Shown here: positions 27,283 through 40,290 of the stretch, in pieces
Layout: the number at the start of each line of letters is the position of its first letter
Numbering within the stretch: position 1 is the first letter of the stretch
NCBI RefSeq assembly: GCF_030144855.1
Contig: NW_026780939.1
Location: 434,001 to 498,000, forward strand
Direction of reading: 5' to 3'
Source of the DNA: Hypanus sabinus
Taxonomy: Eukaryota
DNA: 64,000 nucleotides
Position numbers and translations under genes: made by a program
Notes under the pieces: model-generated
What the model was told of the DNA's origin: nothing
Database searches by the model: none
The model's input: the letters and a program-made list of their open reading frames with translations, nothing else

Positions 27283-30058
27283 TGTCATTATCCAGTCCGA
27301 AACCTGCATTCCGGTTCACGGTCTGGTCTGGTTCACACTGGAATCCGGGTCCTCCGGCTGACACTGGTTTTGGTTGGACTTAAACATAAGAACCTGATGC
27401 TCATCATGGGAGCTGGGAATATAAGTGGAACTGGGATTGAGTGTCGTTGTGGGGTCGTCTCGTCAGTCTCCACTTGGAGCAACCCACCAGTGGAAGGCCA
27501 GGACATTCAGTGAGTAATGGATTTGGATGTTCCGTAGCCCGCCGATGTTACCAACAGCCGCGAGTCTTGGAACCAGCCCCGACAGATCTCCCTTCCTGTG
27601 CCTCGCCTCCGTCGTTTAGGCAGGCCGTTTGCCCTCGTCCTGCGGTTGATTCTGTCCGTTCCTGTCCCTCGACTCTTTCGGGTAAGCTAGGACGTTTGCC
27701 GTTACACTGCGGTTGGTTCTGTCCCTTACTGTTCCTTGCCTCCGTCGGGTACAGTATCGCGTCCTGTCCAGGAGTCCCTCATCCTGCCCAGGAGTCGTGT
27801 CCAAGAACCCAGGCCTCAAGCCTCGAGCTCCAAGAACCCAAGCCTCAAGCCTCGAGCTCCAAGAACCCAAGCCTCCATCTCCAAGAACCCAAGGCGCAAG
27901 CCTCCATCTCCAAGAACCCAAGGCACGCCTCGAGCTCCAAGAACCCAAGCCTCAAGCCTCGAGCTCCAAGAACCCAAGCCTCAAGCCTCCAAGAACCCAA
28001 GCCTCCATCTCCAAGAAACCAAGGCGCAAGCCTCCATCTCTAAGAACCCAAGGCGCAAGCCTCGAGCTCCAAGAACCCAAGGCGCAAGCCTCCATCTCCA
28101 AGAACCCAAGGCGCAAGCCTCGAGCTCCAAGAACCCAAGGCGCAAGCCTCCATCTCCAAGAACCCAAGGCGCAAGCCTCGAGCTTCAAGAACCAAAGTCT
28201 CAAGCCTCGAGCTCCAAGAACCCAAGCCTCAAGCCTCGAGCTCCAAGAACCCAAGGCGCAAGCCTCCATCTCCAAGAACCCAAGACTCAAGCCTCGAGCT
28301 CCAAGAACCCAAGACTCAAGCCTCGAGCTCCAAGAACCCAAGACTCAAGCCTCGAGCTCCAAGAACCCAAGCCTCAAGCCTCGAGCTCCAAGAACCCAAG
28401 GCGCAAGCCTCCATCTCCAAGAACCCAAGACTCAAGCCTCGAGCTCCAAGAACCCAAGCCTCAAGCCTCGAGCTCCAAGAACCCAAGGCGCAAGCCTCCA
28501 TCTCCAAGAACCCAAGGCGCAAGCCTCGAGCTTCAAGAACCAAAATCTCAAGCCTCGAGCTCCAAGAACCCAAGCCTCAAGCCTCGAGCTCCAAGAACCC
28601 AAGGCGCAAGCCTCCATCTCCAAGAACCCAAGCCTCAAGCCTCCATCTCCAAGAACCCAAGCCTCAAGCCTCGAGCTCCAAGAACCCAAGGCGCAAGCCT
28701 CCATCTCCAAGAACCCAAGGCGCAGGCCTCCATCTCTAAGAACCCAAGACTCAAGCCTCGAGCTCCAAGAACCCAAGGCGCAAGCCTCCATCTCCAAGAA
28801 CCCAAGCCTCAAGCCTCTATCTCCAAGAACCCAAGCCTCAAGCCTCGAGCTCCAAGAACCCAAGCCTCAAGCCTTCATCTCCAAGAACCCAAGCCTCCAT
28901 CTCCAAGAACCCAAGGCGCAAGCCTCCATCTCTAAGAACCCAAGGCGCAAGCCTCGAGCTCCAAGAACCCAAGGCGCAAGCCTCCATCACCAAGAACCCA
29001 AGGCGCAAGCCTCCATCTCCAAGAACACAAGGCGCAAGCCTCGAGCTCCAAGAAACCAAGGCGCAAGCCTCCATCTCCAAGAACCCAAGGCGCAAGCCTC
29101 GAGCTCCAAGAACCCAAGCCTCAAGCCTCGAGCTCCAAGAACCGAAGGCGCAAGCCTCCATCTCCAAGAACCCAAGACTCAAGCCTCGAGCTCCAAGAAC
29201 CCAAGACTCAAGCCTCGAGCTCCAAGAACCCAAGGCGCAAGCCTCCATCTCCAAGAACCCAAGCCGCAAGCCTCCATCTCCAAGAACCCAAGCCTCAAGC
29301 CTCGAGCTCCAAGAACCCAAGGCGCAAGCCTCCATCTCCAAGAACCCAAGCCTCAAGCCTCGAGCTCCCAGAACCCAAGGCGCAAGCCTCCATCTCCAAG
29401 AACCGCCTCAAGCCTCGAGCTCCAAGAACCCAAGCCTCACGCCTCGAGCTCCAAGAACCCAAGGCGCAAGCCTCCATCTCCAAGAACCCAAGGCGCAAGC
29501 CTCCAACTCCCAAGCCTCAAGCCTCGAGCTCCCAGAACCCAAGGCGCAAGCCTCCATCTCCAAGAACCGCCTCAAGCCTCGAGCTCCAAGAACCCAAGCC
29601 TCACGCCTCGAGCTCCAAGAACCCAAGGCGCAAGCCTCCATCTCCAAGAACCCAAGGCGCAAGCCTCCAACTCCCAAGCCTCAAGCCTCGAGCTCCAAGA
29701 ACCCAAGGCGCAAGCCTCGAGCTCCAAGAACCCAAGGTTCAAACCTCGAGCTCCAAGAACCCAAAACTCAAAACTGGAGTTTCAAGAACACAAGCCTGAA
29801 GCCTCGAGCTCCTAGAGCCCAGGCCTCTTGATGATCGATGTCCGAGCACGAGTCAAGTCCCAGGTTCTGGATCCGTGACCAGTCTCGTGCTCTGAGTCCA
29901 CCCCAGGCTCATTGTTCCCAGTCCCTCGTCCGCTTCCTGCTTCCATAGCCTAGTCTGCGACCTGTCCGGTCCATTAGTTTTGTCCGCTCCTGTTCCTAGC
30001 ACTTCAGTGTATGTGTCCTGTATGTGTATGTGTCCATTCCCAATGCCATCTTATGACA
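27283..30058 (+). mobile_element. Nested solo LTR-like element inserted into gag copy 3
   Basis: Termini TGTCAT...ATGACA; GAAAA TSD at 27278-27282 and 30059-30063; gag sequence resumes exactly after it. Strand is inferred only. Confidence 0.8.
27800..29815 (+). repeat. Modular ~29-bp minisatellite, about 70 units
   Basis: ccaagaaccc + aag(cct/gcg/act)c + aagcctc + (gagct/catct). Confidence 0.95.
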
Positions 30059-33000
30059 GAAAATTTAAAAAAAAAAACAGGGAATTTGAACATGCTTTTG
30101 TGGAATCAACGTGTATGGTCAGTCCTCGGGTTATACAGAAACGTTTGTTGTTGGTCACGAAATTAAATTAGATGCTCCATTTTGTGAAACAGAGCAGAGA
30201 AATATTATCAACATATTGAAACTGTTGCTTGGATTTCAGAGTGGCCGAAGGAGAAATGCTCAGTGATGTTTCACCGCGTAATTAAAGGCAAGACACAATG
30301 TTTATACAGCTTTAGCAGATGTGCAAACACTTGATTCTGATATTGTGAAGCAGTATATACTGAAACCAAAGAACAGGATCCGGAGGCATACAGATAAAGA
30401 TTCCGAAATTAGAAGAAATCCGTGGGGGAAAAAAAAACGTACATGGAATTTGCTGTGTCTTCTGAGAATGTAAATCGGGACTATAATAAGTTGATTTTAA
30501 TGGAGGAATTTAAAAGGAACATCCCTTTTGAGGATAGGAAATACTTAAATGAGAGGGACACTGCTAGCTTGCAGGAGTCTGATAAACTAGCTGATGAGTA
30601 TGTTTTAATCCTGTTACATACCCAGTCGGTGTCTTATAACTGTCTTCTTACCATGATGTAATTGGGTATCTGGTGTGAATGATGTCATGGTCTCGTGATA
30701 GTGGATTGATGTAATTCCCCGCCATTGTGAGGTCACGTGATTTAATTTTCCCGGTAGTGTCCATGTGATGTGTCTTCCAACAGGTATAAAACGAAAGAGC
30801 CTTGCTGTGACGAAGGTCAGTTGGTTGTTTCATTGTTCAGTTACTGCGTTATGCTGCGTATCGTCACATGATGCAGTTCTGTTCGAAAGTGGTGTATTCC
30901 ATTCTACCTGAAGTTTCAAAGACTATTGTTGGCAGTTTCGCCACAACGCTGTCAGAATTAGTCCAGCCGGAGAGTGAAGAATTCGCCCATTTACGGTAAA
31001 TCCGATTGATCGATTTAAGTTGGTGTCGTCGGCGGTAATACAGGGTGGAACCTATTGATTCCTCGTTCAAAGTGAGAGTAACCTGCATTCCAGATAGGCC
31101 CTGCTATAAGGGCAGAAAGGATTGAGATATTGTCTTTCGCCAAGGAAAAAGGTCGGTTTTTTCCAGCCGTTTAAATTTCTTTCATCTTAAATCCTTCGTG
31201 CAAGGCATATTTCGGATGCGATCAGCAGTAAACGACACGTCGTCGAGGAACTCGTAACTTCATCAAAGTCTCTCCTAATTGACTGTCCAGATTACTTGGA
31301 CTTTTACATTTAGCGCTTTAAAACTGTGTTTGCATTTATCACTTTCAGAACTGTTCGATTAAATTTGGTATCGTCGGCGGTCATCCAAAGTTGAACATAT
31401 TGATTCCTCGTTCAAAGAGATAGTAACCTGCATTCGAGATAATCCCTGCTAAAAGAGCAGAAATGATGTGGGCAGTGTAATTCGCCAAGGAAAACGGTCA
31501 TTCCTTTAAGCCGTTTTAATTTCCTTCATCGTTAATCCTTCGGATAAGGCATATTTCCGCTGGGAACAGCAGTAACCAGGTCGTCGTGGAATTCGTTACT
31601 GCCGGAAAGTCTCTCTTAATTTACTATCTAAATTACCTGGAATTTTACATTTATCGTTTTAAGACTGTGTTCGTTTTTATCGCGTTAAGACCACGTTCAC
31701 AATTATCACTTTCAAAATTTCAATACGGCGAGTTGCCGTATAGCAGTTACCTTCCGGGTAAGTTAGTCGTTTGTTTACTTTAATAGTTTTTGAGCTGAGT
31801 TTAAATAAACGTTTCTTTCTTTATGAAAGCATGTCTCAGTTCTGTATTCATTGATGCCGTACCGTAGCAAATGGGGGCTCTCGGGATAGGTTCTGTATTT
31901 GTGCTTCAATGCTTCTTTACGTCGAAGTCTGTTTTGGAAAATTAAAATATCTGAATCTTCCCTTTGATTCCTCTCCTCTATTTGTTTGGTTTGTGGGTGG
32001 TAATTGGCAACAATGAATATTGAGTACTTTCTCTCATCACCAGAGTTATTAACGAAGGCGAAATTTGAATACACTCGTAGAACTTACGTGGAATTGCCTA
32101 CGATAAAGATGTGTGTTTTGAGAGATGGGTTTTCTGTAAATATGTAAATAGCCAAGGAAAATTTTCAGTTCCTTTCAGCACGTTTAATTTCCTTCGTCGT
32201 AATTCCTTCGGGCAATGAATATTTCTTGTTGGATCATCAGTAAAATTACGTCGATATTTCTTTACTTCAGCGAAGTCACTCCTAAATGACTGAGTAGATC
32301 ACTTGGACTTTTACTTTTATCCCATTAAGACAGTGTTTGCATTTATTGCTTTAAGAACTGTTCGTGTTGCCGTATAACAGTTAACTTCCGGTTACGTTCG
32401 TCCTTTGCTTATTTTCAATTGTTGTTTAAATAAATGATTCTTTGTTTATTCAAAAACCTGTCTTAGTTCTATATTCATTGCTGCCGTACCGTAACAACTG
32501 GGGTCTCATGGATATGGTCTGTTTTATGTTTAAATGCTTGTTTACTTAGCAGTCTCTTTTGGACAAGGGAAATACACGATTTTTTGTTTGATTCGTTTGA
32601 GGATGGTATTTGGCAACAATGAATATTGACGAATGTCTCTCATTACCAGAGTTATTAGCGAAGGCGAAAAAGTATGATGTTCCTGAGATTGCCAGCAGGT
32701 TGGAACTTACGGGTATTTCGACATTTACAACAAAGCCTGTAATTCAGAGGAAAATCGCGGAGCACTATTTAGATTAGCATGTTTTGATGCCACTGTGTTA
32801 GATAGGCTCACTATAAGTCAAACAGCAGTCCAGTTACACCTGGAATAGGTAGCGTAAATCCCAGTTGAAATAATACTTTAATGAGAGGGATGCTGCTGCC
32901 TTTCTAAATTAGCTGACGAGTATACTTTAATCCTGTTACATGCCCCGTGGGTGTATTGTAACTCTCTTATGACAAGATTTAATTGGGTATCTCGTGAACA

Positions 33001-36000
33001 TGATATTATGGTTTTCTGATGGTGGGGTGATGTAATTACACGCCAGTGTGGGGTCACATGATGTAATTTTCGCGGTAGAGGTCATGCGATGGCCTGTTTA
33101 AACAGTTATAAAACGGGAAAGACGTGTTGTGACGCAGGTCAGTTCTTTGTTTAATACGTTATTTACTTGGTTATGCTGCGTATTCGTCTCAAAATGCAGT
33201 TCTGTTTTAAAGTGGAACTTTACACTCCATCTTAAGTTTAAAAGGTTATTACCGGTTGTTAAGTCGCAACGCTGCTAGTTTTAGTGCAGTCGGACAGTGA
33301 AATTTTTGCCCAATTACAGAAAACCCGAAGGATCGTGTTAAGTTGGTGTCACGGATGGTAGTACAGAGTTGACCTTATTGATTCCTCGTTCAATGAGATA
33401 GTAACCTACATCCGAGATAATCACTACTATTAGAGCAGAAAGGATTGGTGCAGTGTCATTCAGCAAGAAAAAATGAAAGTTACTTCAAGCCGTTTTAATT
33501 TCCTTCATCGTAAATCCTTAGGGCAAGGAATTTTTTGCCAGGAACAAGAATAACGTCGACGTTGAGTAATTCGTTACTTCAGGAGAGACTCTCCTAATTG
33601 ACTGCCTAAATCACTTGGACTTTTATATTTATTGTTTTTTAAATTATGGTCGCATTCATGTCTTTAAAACTGCATTCGCATTTATCGTTTTTAGAACTGT
33701 TCGAGTTGCCGTACAGCATTTAACTTCCAGTTAAGTTATTCGGTTGATTACTTTTCGATTGTTGCTGAGCTCAGTTTAAATAAATCTATCTAGGTTCTAT
33801 ATCCATTATTGATATAGGGTAATAATTGTGGGCTCTTGTGATATGTCCGTTTTTGTGCTTAAACGCTTGTTTACTTAGCAGTCTGTTTTGGCAAAGGGAA
33901 ATAACCGATTCGTTTAATTTAATAGTTTGTGGGTGGTATTCGGCAACAATGAATATTGACGACTTTCTCGCATCACCAGAGTTTTTAGCGATGGCAAAAA
34001 ATAGTGGTGCATCTGAGAGTGCCAGCAGGTTCAAACTTAAGGGTATTTCGACGGCTACAATGCTGCCATGTTTAGATTAGTCGGAGAGTGAAGAATTTAC
34101 CGAATTGCGGAAAACCGGGAGGATCGTGTAAAGTTGGTGTCGTCGGCGGTAATACAAAGATGACCTTACTGATTCTTCGTTCAATGAGATTGTAACCTGC
34201 GTCCGAAATAATCCCTGCTATAAGAACAGAATGGATTCGGGAAGTTTCATTCGCCAAGGAAGAAGTCAGGTACTTGAAGCCGTTTTAATTTCCTTCGTCG
34301 TAAATCATTCGGGCAAGGCAAATTACAGCTGGAATCATCAGTTACTTCAGGAAAGTGTCTCCTAATTGACTACCTAAATCTCTTGGACGATTACATTTAT
34401 CGTTTTAAGATTGCGTTCGCATTTATGGCTTTAAGACTGTGTTCGCATTTATCACTTTAATAACTGTTAGAGTTGCCGTACAGACGTTAACTTCCGCTTA
34501 GTTAATCGTTTGTTTACTTTTCACTTGATGTTGAGCTGACTGTAAGGAAATTTTTCGTTGTTTATAAAAAAAACCACATGTCTAGGTTGTATACCCATTG
34601 TTGCTATAATGTAACAACTGGGGGCTCCCGGGATATATCTCGCGTTTGTGTTTAAACGCTTATTTACTTAGCAGCCTGTTTTGGCAACTGTAAATGCCCG
34701 ATTCTTTTGTGTGACTGGTGTATGGATGGTATTCGGAAAGAAGGAATATTGACCACTTTCTCGACTCACCAGATTTTTTAGCGAAGGCGAAAAAGTGTTA
34801 TCTATCTGAGATTGCTGGCAGGTTGGAACTTAAGGGTATTCCGACGGTTGCGACAAAGCCTGTAATTCAGAGGAAAATCGTTGAGCACGATATAGATTAC
34901 GGAGTTTTTGTGGCATCTGTGTTAGATAGGTTCCCTGTAAGTCAAGCAGCGATCCAGTTACACCTGGAAAAGGTAGTGTTAGAAAATCTTTTGATAGAAG
35001 CTGAGTTAAAACAGAAACAACTGGAAGCGAACTCGGAGCTACGTCGGTTGGAAGCTGAACATAAAAAGAGTAAATTTGAACGCGTTGGCGGAATTAAGGT
35101 CTGGTGATCGGTTCTCTGGTTGTAGAAAAACGTTTATTGTTAGTCAGGAAATTAAAGTGGACCCTGCATTTCTTGAAACAGCAGCAGAGAAGTATTTTCA
35201 ACATTTTGAAACTGAGACTCTGATTTCAGAGTGGCCAAAAGAGAAGTGGCCAGTCAAGTTACAAAGTGTAAAACAGGCAAGACACAACGTGTTTATACGG
35301 CTTTAACTGCTGAGCAAGCATTTGATAATTATATTGTGAGGCAGCATATATAGAAATCATTTAATTGGTTCAGGAAGCATAAAGAGAAAGATTCAGAGAT
35401 TTGAACAAATCCGTGGAAAAAAAAACTTTCGTGGAAATTGCCTACGGGAGAGCGGTGTGTGTTGAGAAATGGTATTCCACTAAAAATGTAAATGGGTCTG
35501 TAATAAATTGAAAGATTTGATTTTAATGGAGGAATTTAAAAATAATATCCCTGTTGAAATAAATGATGTCAAATTATTGCAACAGTTGGTATAGAACCGA
35601 GACGTTTTTTTATATATAAACAGTGAAACATTTCCTTAATCTCAGCTCAACAACAAGTGAAAAGTAAATAAACGATTATCGGCAACTCTAACAGTTATTA
35701 AAGTGATAAGTGCGAGGGACACTGCTGTGTTGCAGGAGTCTGCTGAATTAGCTGACGAGTATGCTTTAATCCTGTTGCATACCCCGTGGGTGCGTTGTGA
35801 CAGTCTTATGACAAGATTTAAATGGGTATCTGGTAAGCATGGTGTTATGGTCTTGTTATGGTGGGGTGATGTAATTACCCGCTAGTGTGAGTACCGTGTA
35901 AACCTGGGGTCGTCGGCGTTAATACAGAGTTGTCCTTATTGATTCCTCGTTCAATGAGATAGTAATCTACACCCGAGATAATCGCTGCGATAAGAGCAGA

Positions 36001-37259
36001 AAGGATTGCGTCAGTGTCATTCGCCAAGGTAAAAGGTCAGTTCTTTTAAGCCATTTTAATTTACTTCCTCGTAAATCTTTCGGGCAAGTCAAATTTCGAC
36101 TGGGATCAACAGTAACACAACGTCGTCGATGAATTCGTTACTTCAGGGAAGTCTCTCCTCATTGACTGTCTAAAGCAACTTGACTTTTACATGTATCTTT
36201 TTCAGACTCAGCTCGCATTTATCGCTTTCAGATATTTATCGCATTTATCGCTTTAAGAACTGTTCGAGTTGCCGTATAACAGTTAACTTCCGGTTAAGGT
36301 AGTCGTTTGTTTACTTTTCGATTGTTGTTGAGCTGAGTTTAAATCAATCTTTCTTGGTTTGTAAAAACCTGTCTCAGTTCGATATCCTATGCTGCTGTAC
36401 CGTAACAATTGGGGGCTCTCGGGATTTCCTCAGATTTTGTGCTAAAATGCTTGTTCACTTTGCAGTCAATTTTGGAAAAGGGATATATCCGATTCTTTTG
36501 TTTGATTGGTTTGAGAGTGGTATTCAGCAGCAATGAATATTGACGACTCTCTCGCATGACCATAGTTATTAGCGAAGGCGAAATAGTGAAGTGTCTCTGA
36601 TTGCAAGCAGTTTGGAACTTAAGGGTATTTCGATGACCACAACAAAGCCTGTAATTCAGAGGAAAATCGCGGAGTCTATATAGATTAGGTTGTTTATAAT
36701 GCAGCTGTGTTCGGTAGTCTCCCTGTAAGTAAAGCAGCGAGCCAGTTACACCTGGAACAGGTAGCTTTAGAAAAGCTTGGAATAGAAGCTGAGTTAAAAC
36801 AGAAACAATTGGAAGCTAACTTGGAATTATGTCAGTGAGTAACTGAGGATATAAAGAGGGAATTTGAACATCCGATGGCCGAATTAAGCTATTGTCATCA
36901 ATCCTCAGTTTCTAGAAAAAACGTTTTTTGTTAGTCAGGAATTTAAATTAGTTCCTCCATTTCGTGAAACAGAGGTAGAGAAATATTTTCAACATTTTGA
37001 ATCTTTTCCTCTGATTTCATAGTGGCCTATGGAGATATGGCCAGCGATGTTGCAGATTATAAAAAAAAAGACAAGGCACGACGTGTTTATACAGCATTCA
37101 CTGCTGAGTTTCCTCCCTTCAGAGTATTCTGGACCAGTTACGAGACATCCCGTACCCTGGCAAATTGGAGGCAGTACGCCATGCGGGTATCGCTATCAGG
37201 CTCACAGAATCTTCTGACTTTTCTCCTGACAATGGAATCTATATCATGACGTGGTTATA

Positions 37260-38200
37260 TGACCATAGGTCCATAGGTTATAGGAACAGAATTAGGCCAT
37301 TCGGCCGGGTTCCTACTGACTGCCTTCACTCCTTCATCTTCGACGCCCTGGCTAATCAAGAACCTGTCTATTTCTGCCTTAAATCTCGGACCAGGGCTGA
37401 GATGGCCTGTTTCCGTGCTGTAATTGTTATATGATTATATGGTTATAAATGCACCCAATAGTCATTGGGTCTCTTCACAACCGCTTGGGATAACAAATTC
37501 CACAGATTTACCACTGTCTGCCTAACGAGATTTCACCGCATTTCTGTTCTAAATGGACATCCTTTAATCTTGCCCTCTTGATCTTCAATCCCCTGCCCCA
37601 TAATGTTCTGGCCTTTTAACATTTAGAATATTTCTATGCGAACCCCCCCTCATTTTCTTGAACTCCAGGGAATGCAGCTCATGAGCAGCCAACATTTCCT
37701 CATGCAGTAACCCTTTCATTCCTGGAATCATTCTTGCGAATCTTCGCTGAATCCTCTCCAATGTCATTGCATCCTGTCTGAAATAAGGAGTCCAAAACTG
37801 CAGACAGTACTCCAAGTATGGTCTCATGAGTGCCTTATAGAGCCGCAGCATTACATCACATAAGTAATGGTCTGCCCGTTTATTGCTTCTGCCAAAGGGC
37901 ATGGCCATACACTTTCCAACATTGTATTCGACTTGTCACTTCTTCCCTAAACTATCTCAGTCTCTCTGCAGTCTGAGTGTTTCCTCAACACGGCACGATC
38001 CTCCAACTATCATTCTATCATCGTCAACTTTAGCCACAGATCCATGAATTCAGTTTCCAAAATCACTGACAGATATACAACTTAAAAAGCAACTGTTCCA
38101 ACGATGAGCCCTGTGGAACTCCGCTGTTAACCGGCAGGCATCCAGAGTTGGATCCCATTATTTCCACTCTCAGTTTTCTGACGACCAGCCAATACTCCAG
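37260..38200 (-). mobile_element. CR1 ORF2 3' fragment with tail
   Basis: ORF 37585-37908 (LMRPYLEYCLQFW...RRFARMIPGM); tail near 37265. Confidence 0.75.
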
Positions 38201-38221
38201 ATAGTATAATGTTATAATTCA

Positions 38222-38303
38222 TGTAACGTTATCGTTTACTTTCTGCCACCTCAATATCTTTAAAAACGTCTATTCTGGCTGGGTGGCCTGCAAAATACAG
38301 CGA

Positions 38304-38374
<71 letters not shown>

Positions 38375-38871
38375 GAGAGAACCGATTGCCAGTGAGTCAG
38401 ACAAAGTATCTACAACATGGTAAACAGCCAAGTCAATTATTAGCCGCTAATTGGGAAAGCACAGGAAGCTTTCAATATTGGTGAGACTCAGGAGGCTCCG
38501 AGTGAATTTCCTTGTCCTTGTCAGGAACTAAAGAAGTAAAGCAACCTTTCTTGACAACGGCGCAGCTGGACTTTGGTGTGATTTTCTTCCCTTGTACCAG
38601 TGACTTGATTCAGGGATTAGGATTCCTAATTGAGGTTTAGGAGCATTTGTGACATTGCTGACATCAGGTGTTTGACCGGGAGTGGATAACAACAGTCACC
38701 GCCCCGCTGATAAAACCTGAACCAAACTCGCCCGTTTCTCAATAGTTCGGAGCTTTCGACATATTTAAAGGTGTTTAGTGTTGCAGATTTCTTGAAAATT
38801 ACATAAAGATTTTATCTGTAGGGCAAATATTTCAATGCGGTTTTGTCATGACTGTGATGATACTTGTTACA
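38222..38871. mobile_element. Possible solo LTR with internal (GA)n
   Basis: TGTAAC...GTTACA inverted termini; no matching TSD. Confidence 0.35.
38302..38371 (+). repeat. (GA)n microsatellite
   Basis: Direct reading. Confidence 0.95.
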
Positions 38872-39639
38872 AATATTACTTTAGGGTCAATATTAACCAT
38901 GTTCATGTTTCATTCTCTTTAACGTTCCTCTTTTCATTCAGCATATGGTGGTGCTTTTTACAAACATCGATTTCTGTCTGTTATCTGAGTTCCCAATGGC
39001 TGCATCTGTTGAATAATTGTTGTTCTTTGTCTAAACTGTGTTATTTTATCCGGACGGTTATTATGAATCGCCCTGTCTGTAATCGGTCCTCATGTAATGT
39101 GTAGGAATCTGGCTCTTGTATTCACAGTAAGGTTTTGTGCCTTTTCTGTTTCTCAGCAGCTGGTAAAACTTCCTTTCTGGACTTATTTACCCTGTCGATG
39201 TTCCACCGTCTTTGACTTTCCTCTTTTATTTCAGCGCATTTCAGCCGTTTTTGTCAGATATTGATTTCTAACTGTTATGTGTGGTCCAAATGATTATATC
39301 CATTAAATAATTTGTTTTTATAACTCGTTCGGCCTATAGTAAACTGCATACTCTCTGTACAGGCCTGGACTTTTTAAACAATGGTGAGAAATTGAAAAAA
39401 AGCAGAGCTTCAGAACATTTTGGGACGATTCCCTTCAGGAAGATAAACAGAAAGTTGAGCAAGCGAAATGCAATGTTTGCACCCATTTCCAGACGGCTGG
39501 GATGTAAAAGCAAATCTTTAGCAACCTTTTGTTCGGTATAGTCTTCCTGGTTCCGGCCTCACAAGCACGGGGCACGGGTTGGAAATCCAGAAAGTCCTGC
39601 CTTTTAACTTAGCTCTACTCCCGGAATTGGCATTGCAGT

Positions 39640-40290
39640 GCCTCTTCCATCATCCTGCTCATGTCACTGGTAACTCAATGGGCCACTTTTCCTGGCTGTT
39701 CACTCTCCCAGTTAACTATGCTGAGGACTCAACCTGAGACATCCCTGATGTTGTCGCGACAAAACCAGCTGTCCGCACCACGAACGAATATCGTATCACC
39801 ACAATGTGACTTTCATAATGCCGCTCCCCGCCCACCCCACATACACTCAGACACCACACCGCTCAACGCCCACTTCCTTTCTGAGCCACTGAGGCCAACT
39901 GATCGCTGGACACCAGGGCCCTGGGTGTAACTTCTTCTCTATATTTCCTGTCTATCACTGAGCCTCCCGAAAGATGACGTCCACTTCAAGCTCATTCTCC
40001 TTAACGCAGATTGTTAGAAGCTGCAGCCTGAACGCAGCTTTCGCAGCTGTGATCGTCAGCGCTACTGGAGGTCTCCAAGCCTTCCCAGATCCCGCAAGAG
40101 GAGCACGTAACTATCCCGCTTGGCATCTCTGTTATCGTAACTGATCAGATTTAAAGAAGGGAAGAAAAACAATCTTAATTAAGTACTTTCCTTTGCCTAC
40201 TTTGACTGTAGCGTCCCTGAGCTGAAGCCTCGGCGAGAGGAAGCCCGAAGATCACCAGCTTGACGGTCCATTCAGAAGATGGCTGCTGCA
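39640..40290 (-). mobile_element. Old CR1 5' end and ORF1 remnant, head-to-head with GPCR paralog 3
   Basis: ATG at 40126 reads MPSGIVTCSSCGIWE; esterase-like remnant near 39730-39810. Confidence 0.7.

Larger units (their letters stand above)
23343..37105 (+). mobile_element. Tandem array of a pol-less Gypsy-type LTR-PBS-gag unit (8 gag starts, 7 full or partial LTRs)
   Basis: gag starts near 23370, 25195, 26965, 32013, 32619, 33949, 34743, 36533. LTRs TGTTAC...GTAACA-like at 24315-25070, 26099-26839, 30612-31869, ~32150-32496, 32934-33824, ~34079-34616, 35773-36407. All gag frames are disrupted. Confidence 0.85.

Noticed and set aside
27713-29815. 700-aa ORF (and overlapping 399-aa and antisense ORFs) as a protein-coding gene
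   Set aside because: They are translations of a stop-free 29-bp minisatellite inside an LTR-like insertion; several frames are open and there is no domain, splice or codon evidence.
27800-29815. CRISPR-like repeat array
   Set aside because: No unique spacers; units are contiguous variants, and the context is a vertebrate genome.
23370-37105. Domesticated gag/SCAN-like host gene
   Set aside because: Every gag copy has stops, frameshifts or deletions; none is intact.
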